From Syntrophales bacterium (GTDB taxonomy: Bacteria; Desulfobacterota; Syntrophia; Syntrophales; UBA2210), in assembly GCA_963666365.2 (NCBI GenBank), contig CAXXNF010000001.1, positions 1,120,001 through 1,184,000 on the forward strand: DNA of 64,000 bases, written 5' to 3'. This document shows positions 30,926 through 39,100 of this stretch, piece by piece. Each line of letters opens with the position of its first letter. Positions within the stretch are counted from its first letter, which is position 1. Under the pieces are notes generated by a model that worked only from the letters and a program-made list of their open reading frames with translations, was not told where the DNA came from and did no database searches. The translations under genes were made by a program, and so were the position numbers.

Positions 30926-31015
30926 AAGAAATAGAGGGGCAACCATGAGGGGGTTGTGCGGATCGTCGTGCAATCCCCTTTTTACATATACAGTTTAGCC
31001 AAGGAGGTTTAGCGC

Positions 31016-31483
31016 GTGGATATAAAAAATAAATATGACGCGGTTATTGGGCGCGAGGGGTTGGAACACCTGAAAGACATTGTTCTTTCAAGAAGTAACG
31101 TTACCCCTGGAAAGATCGACGCAAACCAGAGGCACATAAACCGCCTTTTGGGGATCGGAGATGAAGTATTCCTAAAATACTCACAAGATTGTCAACCGGG
31201 CGCTCTGGCCGCGAAAGCGCAGACACGGGCAGCACTCAACGCCTTTCGGAATGCCGGTGATCTTGTGTTTTCAAAGTATCGAAACAACCCCGAAAAGTGG
31301 CCCGAAATCATTGACGAATGTCAACGAAATATTAACGAATTGATGGGAATCAGCGACGAGAGCTTTGTTGATTATATGTGTAAAAAGGAAGCCCAAGAAA
31401 ATAGCACTATCGATGAAACCCAGCGAAAAATTAATCAAATAATCGGTGTGGATGATGAAACCTTTAAAAAATACAACAAATAA
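31016..31483 (+). CDS. Hypothetical protein with three internal repeats of about 22 aa (IDxxQRxINxLxGIxDExFxxY)
   Basis: IDANQRHINRLLGIGDEVFLKY / IDECQRNINELMGISDESFVDY / IDETQRKINQIIGVDDETFKKY; AAGGAGG RBS. Confidence 0.8.
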   Translation: MDIKNKYDAVIGREGLEHLKDIVLSRSNVTPGKIDANQRHINRLLGIGDEVFLKYSQDCQPGALAAKAQTRAALNAFRNAGDLVFSKYRNNPEKWPEIIDECQRNINELMGISDESFVDYMCKKEAQENSTIDETQRKINQIIGVDDETFKKYNK

Positions 31484-31504
31484 TTTCAAATAGGAGGACA
31501 AAAT

Positions 31505-32272
31505 ATGCTTCCAGCTTTAAGAGGTGAAGAAATTGCCGCTCAGGTTCTGAATGCATCGGGCGGTGGCGGTGCATCCATAAAGAAATATTTTAAACTGGAT
31601 ACTGTCAAATTTTCATGGGTGGATGATTACCTTCGGGACGAAGCCTTAAGGAAGAAAATCCAAGGGTTAAACGACAAAATCAACGAAATGCACAATTCGC
31701 CTATGCATAAAGATGAACTTCGGGCGCTGTTTGAATCTACCATTGACCAAATCAATAACGAACGCCGTTTGTGGTTCGAGGAAAAGCTCAAGGCCGTGCA
31801 GAATAGAAAAGGTAGAATGATATACAGTGACATGTTGATTTACAATGCAAGCCTGTATATTTCTCCCATTGGCCTTTCAAAAGGAGATATTGACCAAATA
31901 TTTGCCAACATTCCTGAAGGCGTCAAACAGGCAGACATTACGACCGCCATCGGAAGAATGCAGGAAGAGGTTGCGGAAATAGAGGCTGTTATTGAAAAAG
32001 AGCTGTCACCCCGGTCACGCTGGCTATACCGTGAGGACGGTGAGCCCTTTCACTACCCCCAGGGTTGCCGCTGGACACAATACGTTAACGCCTGGAAAAA
32101 GATTGCCCAGCGATTTGATGGACCTGTAAGCGCCGAGGGGGTCCCTGTTCAAAATGAACATGAAGAGGCTGCATATTATGCGCTAGGGTTGGATAAAATT
32201 CAAAAATTAGAGCCCCTTAGAAAACCGGGGCAAGTGTTTGGATGGGCAAATAGCCGGGCAAATGACAATTAG
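31505..32272 (+). CDS. Hypothetical coiled-coil protein
   Basis: 255-aa ORF with an AGGAGG RBS, 21 bp after the previous gene. Confidence 0.75.
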   Translation: MLPALRGEEIAAQVLNASGGGGASIKKYFKLDTVKFSWVDDYLRDEALRKKIQGLNDKINEMHNSPMHKDELRALFESTIDQINNERRLWFEEKLKAVQNRKGRMIYSDMLIYNASLYISPIGLSKGDIDQIFANIPEGVKQADITTAIGRMQEEVAEIEAVIEKELSPRSRWLYREDGEPFHYPQGCRWTQYVNAWKKIAQRFDGPVSAEGVPVQNEHEEAAYYALGLDKIQKLEPLRKPGQVFGWANSRANDN

Positions 32273-32277
32273 GGGCT

Positions 32278-32348
32278 GAGGGGTGCCTGTGCTTGACGCC
32301 CACCGGGGGAAAGCCCGACCCCTTAAACACGTCAAGCACCAACCCCTC
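32278..32348. repeat. 71-nt structured repeat, copy 1
   Basis: GAGGGG/CCCCTC and GTGCTTGACG/CGTCAAGCAC stems around a variable core. Confidence 0.8.
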
Positions 32349-32455
32349 TTCTCCTTGATACAGGATGAGGATCATCAATGATTAAAGTCGATTACAAAAA
32401 TAATGGTGTGCAAATCACCTTTATATAAAAAGCGGCGGGGTTTTCGATCAGGCTT

Positions 32456-32526
32456 GAGGGGTGCCTGTGCTTGACGCCCGCCGGGGGGCACTTGGACCCT
32501 TTTTTCACGTCACGCACTAACCCCTC
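32456..32526. repeat. 71-nt structured repeat, copy 2
   Basis: Same length as copy 1, with the first 24 nt identical and differences concentrated in the central loop. Confidence 0.8.
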
Positions 32527-32636
32527 CCTCCCTTCTTTCCTTGAAGGAATATGGTTTACAGTAACACATTGTAATGATAGATAAATAATTCAGTTGTAAA
32601 AAAATACACGCCCGCAAAGAAAGAAGGTGGCGGATT

Positions 32637-32924
32637 ATGAATAAAACACTCTTCAAAGAACGATACGAAGCGCTTTACCCTCTCCCCGATGCGGGCTGGG
32701 ACACAACCTGGGTGGACCGTCTGCGGAGCTGGGATGATTTTGTTGAAAACGGCGCCACTGTTGCCATGCAACTGCGCCGTCTCCAGGCGTGCGCCGGCGC
32801 GTACGAAAAAGATTTTCGCAGCCTGGCGCCTATGCTCCACGATCTCCTTATGGAGGCATTTACCATGACTCCCGAACAGCAGGCCGAGCTCGATGAGTGG
32901 AAGGCGGAACTCGGTTTTATCTAA
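32637..32924 (+). CDS. Hypothetical protein
   Basis: 95-aa ORF, GC-richer than the rest of the element. Confidence 0.55.
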   Translation: MNKTLFKERYEALYPLPDAGWDTTWVDRLRSWDDFVENGATVAMQLRRLQACAGAYEKDFRSLAPMLHDLLMEAFTMTPEQQAELDEWKAELGFI

Positions 32925-33033
32925 TGATCTGTGCATTAATCTTTCTTCTCTTTGAATACACACTAAACGTAGTCAAGGAGAAGAATGATATATAAAATAA
33001 GGCATAACAAAAGATGCGAGAAAGGGCCTAAAC

Positions 33034-33279
33034 ATGAAAGGGAAAAATATCGAAAATAAAGCCCCCGAGATGCGTTTGTGCGCCGAGTGCGGGAAGAAAC
33101 CCACAATAACGGAAAAATCCCCGTATTGTGCATCCTGCATGGCTCGGAGGGCCAACGACAAAAAACGTCTTCAAAAGGCACAGACACGCACAAGCGGTAG
33201 TGATATTAGTATAAACACCAGCCGCCAACCATTAAATATTATCGTTCGCATTGATTTTTCGGTAGTAACCGCTCTATAA
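33034..33279 (+). CDS. Small zinc-finger protein
   Basis: CAEC-x11-CASC. Confidence 0.5.
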   Translation: MKGKNIENKAPEMRLCAECGKKPTITEKSPYCASCMARRANDKKRLQKAQTRTSGSDISINTSRQPLNIIVRIDFSVVTAL

Positions 33280-33355
33280 AATCTCCAAGTACGTGCAAAA
33301 AACTCCGCCTAACCATCCTGAATAAGTCAAAACAATTCTCATAGCGTTTGACGCG

Positions 33356-33409
33356 TTGGGACAAACCATCCGATAAATTGGGACAAACCATCCGGCTAAC
33401 TATACCGAT
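33356..33409 (-). repeat. Right end: two perfect 17-bp repeats, terminus and target duplication
   Basis: TTGGGACAAACCATCCG at 33356-33372 and 33378-33394, then CTATA|CCGAT. A partial third copy, AACCATCC, lies at 33311-33318. Confidence 0.85.
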
Positions 33410-33462
33410 GCCGCGCTAACCGCTTCTTCTCCTTCAGCTTTTCCAAAAAAATGAAAAACTTA

Positions 33463-33517
33463 TTGACTCCCACTACATGTTGTGGTCAAATGCCAGAACA
33501 CCTCCAACATATAGTGT
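33463..33517 (+). promoter_or_regulatory. Tandem NrdR boxes over the nrdJ promoter
   Basis: CCACTACATGTTGTGG (33470-33485) and CTCCAACATATAGTGT (33502-33517) match acaCwAtATaTwGtgt and lie 32 bp apart. A TTGACT -35 box is at 33463. Confidence 0.8.
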
Positions 33518-33563
33518 TTTTTAATTCTGAAGGAATCCAAAACGTACAAGGAGACAGTGCATC

Positions 33564-35792
33564 ATGAATCAGAAAACTTCCCCCAGGATCGCACAATTAA
33601 GCCCCAATGCGATGACCGTGCTGGAACGAAGGTACCTCAAGCGAGACACGGAGGGGAAGGTCCTGGAAAGGCCGGTCGACATGTTCAGACGGGTGGCCGA
33701 AACGATCGCCGCCGCCGATGCCCTTTTCGATAAAAGCGCCGACACAAAAAAACTCGCCGATGAGTTTTTTTCAATGATTGCGGGCCTCGAATTTATGCCC
33801 AATTCTCCCACCTTGATGAATGCAGGACGTGAGTTGGGCCAGCTGTCAGCCTGTTTCGTCCTCCCCGTGGGGGATTCGATGGAAGAGATCTTCGACGCAG
33901 TGAAATTTACCGCCCTTATCCATAAATCGGGAGGCGGCACGGGGTTCTCCTTTTCCAGGCTTCGTCCTGCCAGTGACGTGGTAAAGAGCACGACCGGCGT
34001 ATCCAGCGGCCCCATTTCCTTCATGCGGGTCTTTGATGTGGCCACGGAGACCATCAAGCAGGGCGGAACGCGCCGAGGCGCCAATATGGGGATTCTGCGG
34101 GTGGACCATCCCGACATCATGGATTTTATCATGTGCAAGGCAGACAAAAAGCAACTCAACAATTTCAATATCTCTGTAGGGGTTACCGAGGCCTTCATGG
34201 ATGCGGTGAAGCATGATGAAAATTACGATCTTGTCAATCCGCGCAACGGTGAGCGGACAGGAACGCTGAATGCGCGAAAGGTCTTCAACCGCATCGTCAC
34301 GCAGGCCTGGGAAAACGGCGAACCGGGCATCGTGTTTCTCGACCGCCTGAACCGTGATAATCCGACTCCTCATGCGGGCATGATCGAGTCGACAAATCCC
34401 TGCGGCGAGCAACCGTTGCTTCCCTACGAATCATGCAACCTGGGTTCCATCAATCTGGCGGCTATGGTCGAAAAGGGGCAGATCTCATGGGCGCGTCTCA
34501 AGAAAACGGTCCATCTTGCCGTACACTTTCTCGACAATGTGGTGGAGGTAAATCGGTACCCCCTCCCGGAGATTGCCGCCATGACCTTCGGCAACAGAAA
34601 GATAGGGCTCGGCGTGATGGGCTGGGCCGATATTCTCATTCTTCTGGGCATTCCCTACAATTCGGAAGAAGCGATTGAGCTGGCCGGAAAAGTAATGAAG
34701 TTTATCACCGACGAGGGGCACAATGCCTCGAAGGATCTCGCCGCGCAACGGGGTCCCTTCCCGAATTTCAACGGTTCACTTTTCGATCAGCGAGGAGAAC
34801 CGCCGATCAGAAACGCCACGGTGACCACCATTGCCCCGACGGGGACCATATCGATTATCGCCAGCGCGTCATCCGGGGTGGAGCCGCTTTTTGCCGTGTC
34901 CTACGTCCGCCAGGTCATGGACGATGACATTCTGGTCGAGGTGCACCCCTATTTCGAAACACTCGCGCGGGAGCGGGGATTCTACTCGGCTGAACTGATG
35001 CAGCGCATCGCCGAAAGAGGTTCCCTCAAAGATATTGACGAGGTGCCCGAAGATATTCAGAGAATTTTTGTGACGGCTCACGACATCACTCCGGAAGACC
35101 ATATAAAAATGCAGGCTGCCTTCCAGAAATATACCGACAATGCGGTCAGCAAGACGGTAAACTTTTCAAACGGCGCCACCGTCGACGATGTGGCCACTGT
35201 CTACGAGCTCGCCTATCAGCTCGGGTGCAAGGGCGTGACCATCTATCGCGACGGGTCAAGGGACAAACAGGTGCTTTCGACAGGAAAGGGTGCCCCCGAA
35301 GCGCCGAAGACCGTCATTGCCGAGAAACAAAAGGTGGTAAAAAGACAGCGGCCCAAAGTGCTGCAGGGATGGACCTATCAGATGCAGACGGGGTGCGGCC
35401 CCCTCTATGTGACCGTCAACCAGGATTCAACGGGCCTTTTTGAGCTCTTTACCACCATGGGAAAAGCGGGGGGCTGCGCGGCTTCGCAGAACGAAGCCAT
35501 CGGCCGCATGGTGTCCCTGGCCTGGAGAAGCGGCATACAGCCCCGGCAGGTCATCAAACAGCTCCAGGGCATTTCATGCCATTCCCCCGCCGGATTCGGC
35601 GACAACAAGATCACCTCCTGTGCCGACGCTGTGGCCAAGGCGATTCAGTCGCACATGCTGGAGCATGGCTTTGAAACAGTGCGCGAAAAAGTGTCCTTTG
35701 TGAAGGGTGCCTGCCCCGACTGCGGCGGCATCATGGAGCACGAAGGGGGCTGCGCCGTCTGCCGGCTCTGCGGCTACAGCGAATGCGCGTAG
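33564..35792 (+). CDS. nrdJ: Class II (B12-dependent) ribonucleotide reductase with C-terminal TSCPD/zinc-ribbon region
   Basis: PNSPTLMNAG, QLSACFV, QGGTRRGANM, TNPCGEQPL, TIAPTGT, KGVTIYRDGSR and terminal CPDCG...CRLCGYSEC. Confidence 0.95.
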   Translation: MNQKTSPRIAQLSPNAMTVLERRYLKRDTEGKVLERPVDMFRRVAETIAAADALFDKSADTKKLADEFFSMIAGLEFMPNSPTLMNAGRELGQLSACFVLPVGDSMEEIFDAVKFTALIHKSGGGTGFSFSRLRPASDVVKSTTGVSSGPISFMRVFDVATETIKQGGTRRGANMGILRVDHPDIMDFIMCKADKKQLNNFNISVGVTEAFMDAVKHDENYDLVNPRNGERTGTLNARKVFNRIVTQAWENGEPGIVFLDRLNRDNPTPHAGMIESTNPCGEQPLLPYESCNLGSINLAAMVEKGQISWARLKKTVHLAVHFLDNVVEVNRYPLPEIAAMTFGNRKIGLGVMGWADILILLGIPYNSEEAIELAGKVMKFITDEGHNASKDLAAQRGPFPNFNGSLFDQRGEPPIRNATVTTIAPTGTISIIASASSGVEPLFAVSYVRQVMDDDILVEVHPYFETLARERGFYSAELMQRIAERGSLKDIDEVPEDIQRIFVTAHDITPEDHIKMQAAFQKYTDNAVSKTVNFSNGATVDDVATVYELAYQLGCKGVTIYRDGSRDKQVLSTGKGAPEAPKTVIAEKQKVVKRQRPKVLQGWTYQMQTGCGPLYVTVNQDSTGLFELFTTMGKAGGCAASQNEAIGRMVSLAWRSGIQPRQVIKQLQGISCHSPAGFGDNKITSCADAVAKAIQSHMLEHGFETVREKVSFVKGACPDCGGIMEHEGGCAVCRLCGYSECA

Positions 35793-35877
35793 GGAAACTT
35801 CCCTATGTTTCGTCTTTAAGTATCTGATATAATAATGGAAACACGTTGTTTCCCACAAAAAAAAGAGAAGGTGTCCC
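35791..35877. repeat. Degenerate palindromic element with a central IHF-like site
   Basis: GGGAAACTTCCCTAT...AGAGAAGGTGTCCC. The interior is the approximate reverse complement of that at 42293-42384. Confidence 0.65.
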
Positions 35878-36108
35878 CAGAACTACAAAATACTTGATTC
35901 GTTACATTCCTTCGCGATATATACACCTATTATCAGCGTACACGTTCTCCTGTTCTTGAAGGGCGCTCCATTCTATCATACGTATATGCATAAGCGGACC
36001 TGTTGTTCCTGCTGATCTTCCCGTTTCTTTCGGAAAGCTGTGAAGTAATACAGGCGGTTCGTGGTCCCGATTCACTCAGAACCCATGTGTCGGCGACGGA
36101 GGTGCACC

Positions 36109-39100
36109 ATGACGAATTACTCAGGACATTTTACGATACGCAATGGTTCCTGCGGAAAATCTCTCTATTACAGAGGGATCTTTTTAACACTTATTATTAG
36201 CCTCGTTGTATTTTCCGCACCTTTATGCGCCTGTGCCGACGACCCCTTTGCCCCATGGATCCAGGTGAGCCCCCTGGAATTTTCCGATGTCGCCTATGGC
36301 AATGAAAAATTTCTCCTTGTGGATCGCCACGGGGCGATATTCACGTCACCGGACGGCACGGCGTGGACACGACAGGAGTCGGGAACGTCGAAGGAGCTGC
36401 GCGGCGCCGCCTGCGGCCCCGACCGCATGGTCGCAGTGGGTGCGTCGAAGACCATTCTCCTCTCCTTCGACGGCAGCACCTGGCGCCCCCAGGAACAGAT
36501 TTCCGGAGGACCTGCCTACTTTTCGCTCAATGCAGTCGCCTACGGCAACGGCCTCTTTGTGGCCGTGGGCGAAACGTTGCAATCGGGTGCCGGCGTGGCG
36601 CTCACGTCTCCCGACGGCGAGGCGTGGACATTTTACAGTCCGAATTCTTCCTATCTCCATGATGTGACCTACAGCAGCACCCTGGGTCTGTTTGTCGCCG
36701 TGGGTGATTCGGGGGCGATTGTTTCCTCACCCGACGGAATCACATGGACCCAGAGGAATTCAGGCACTTCTCACACACTGCGGGGCATTGCCGAAGGCAA
36801 CGGAACATTCATTGCTGTGGGCGACGCCGGCACGATACTCGGCGCTCTCGATGGAGGCATTGATCAGTGGCGTCAGAAGACATATTCCTCGTCGTTGCCC
36901 CTTTACTCCGTCACCTACGGGAGCGGTTTCTTTATCGCGGCTGGCTATGACTGGGAATGGAACCGAGGGCTTCTTGTCGCCTCCGCCGACGGGGAAGTAT
37001 GGACGAGAACGGAAACGACGGCCACCGACGGCACGGCGCTTGCGTGCATCACCTATGGAAACGGGCGCTTTGTGGCAGTGGGCGGTGAAGAGGGCAATAT
37101 TCTGGCGTCGGATGACGGCGTCGAATGGTCACGGGCAAAAAAGGGGGTTTCCGGATGGCTTACCTCCATCGTCTGCGGCAATAACGGAACGCTTGCGGCA
37201 GTGGGCTATGAAGGAAAAATTGTGGTGTCTTCGGATGAGCTGACATGGGAGGATCGTGCGTCGGGCACGTCGGAAACACTCCTGGACATCACCTATGGGA
37301 ACGGACGTTTTGTGGCTGTAGGAACCGCGGGCATCATTCTGACCTCTCCCGAGGGAGACCAGTGGACAGTACGGTCGGAGGATGTCTTTTATACGCTCAA
37401 CGGCGTCACCTATGGACAGGATTCCTTTATCGCCGTGGGAAACGGGGGGACCGTCGTTGCCTCCGCCGACGGGAGACTGTGGGAAGAACGAGTTTCCGGC
37501 GTCGATGAGGATCTTCTGGATGTCGTCTTCGGCGGGGGGGTGTATGTGGCGGTCGGCATGCTGGGTGCGATCTATACCTCGCCTGACGGTCGTACCTGGA
37601 CAAAAATCGAATCGGGTATTTCCACAACGCTTCTCAGCATCACACGGGACAGAGGCCTCTTTGTGGCCGTGGGCGACGGGGGCACGATTCTCACCTCTTC
37701 CGACGGCGAATCATGGGATCAACACACATCAGGGTTTACCAGCACCCTTCACGCCGTGACCTCAAGCGGCAACCGCTTTGTGGCGGTCGGCGACGACGGC
37801 GTGATGCTCACCTCGGCCGATGGGGCAGAGTGGACACCGGCAGCGGTTATTACCACCCCGATAGTCATATTTCCCACCGACGAAGACCTGTACGGCATTG
37901 CCCAGAGCGATCACCTGATTGCAGCGGGCCGTTTTGGAACCATTCTGAGGTCTTCACGGATGGGATATTCCATTACGGGAAGCATTCTTGATTCATCCAT
38001 ATTGCCGATCGCAGGGGTGGAGGTCAACCTGTTCGATATGGACGGAAACCGCCGTGCCGGCGCCGTAACCCCCGAATCGGGATACTACCGCATTGCCGGC
38101 GTGCCTGCCGGTGAATATCGGATCACCTTTACCAAGGCAGGATACCGCTTCGATCCTTTCTCAACCGTCGTGACCGTCACGGATGGCAATGTGGAACACC
38201 TCGATATCATGGGCGCTTATCCCTATAAAGGAACCGCCATCTGGCCCACCTTTCGTGGCGAGAACCGCCATAGCGGCGCCAGTCACTATGGCGGCCCGGA
38301 AGGTCTGATCCCCCTGTGGAACAGGGACACGGGACATGACGATGCCTGGCACTCATCCGTCCCCCTTCGATCCTCTCCCGCCATCGACGCGAGAGGAATG
38401 ATATACGTCGGCTCCACCAAGGGAATTCTCTACTGCCTTGATCCTCTGGGAAGGGTGAACTGGCGCTATCCCGCCGATGATGTGGACGGGGGCATCGGCG
38501 CAATCGTCTCTTCTCCTGCAATAGGCACCGACGGCTCCGTGTATGTGGGTTCACAGCGCGGCCTCTACGCCTTCAGGCCTGACGGAACACCAAAATGGTG
38601 TTTCGATCTCGCCCAGGGGGCCATCGATTCACCGCCCGTTATCGGGCCTTCGGGCATCGTCTATGCGGGATCCGTCAACGGCCACCTTTACGCCGTCAAT
38701 TCCACCGGGACATTACGGTGGATGTACCCGGCACAGGGAGAAAGCGGGACCATGGGCGCGATTGCGTCGTCTCCCGCAGTAGGAGACGACGGTACCATCT
38801 ATGTGGGATCACAGGACGGCTTTCTCTATGCCGTTACATCGACAGGTTCACTACGATGGCGTTTTCAGACCGGCGGCGCCGTGGATTCCTCCCCCGCCGT
38901 AGGAAGCGACGGCACGGTCTATGTCGGATCGACCGATTGCAACGTCTATGCGATCAATTGCAGCGATGGATCGCTTAAATGGAAATACGCCACGGGGGGG
39001 GCGATAATCGCCTCCTGTGCCCTGGGCGCGGATGGAACTGTCTATATAGGCTCCAAAGGATTTTATGCACTCGGAACCGATGGCGCGCTTCTCTGGCGGC

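Larger units (their letters stand above)
25407..33404 (+). mobile_element. 7,998-bp Mu-like transposable element without virion genes
   Basis: Direct repeat CCGAT at 25402-25406 and 33405-33409; inverted termini TATAG/CTATA; subterminal repeats; visibly AT-richer than the flanks; repressor-ner-A-B gene order. Confidence 0.88.

Noticed and set aside
32278..32526. Mini CRISPR or TIGR-type array
   Set aside because: There are only two 71-nt units 107 bp apart, no regular repeat-spacer period, and no recognisable Cas or Nop-domain gene.
33034..33279. Mu Com translational activator
   Set aside because: Position and zinc finger are suggestive, but the sequence lacks the typical Com pattern and no mom gene follows.
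25407..33404. CRISPR-associated or Tn7-like transposon
   Set aside because: No TniQ/TnsD, TnsA, Cas gene or repeat-spacer array is present. Ner and the Mu-type N-terminal domain point to the Mu lineage.
25407..33404. Complete Mu-like prophage
   Set aside because: Only 8 kb lies between matched ends, and no structural, packaging or lysis genes are recognisable.
33564..35792. Intein or intron in nrdJ, or an upstream cobalamin riboswitch
   Set aside because: The ORF is continuous and of ordinary length. The short leader contains NrdR boxes and no B12-box pattern.
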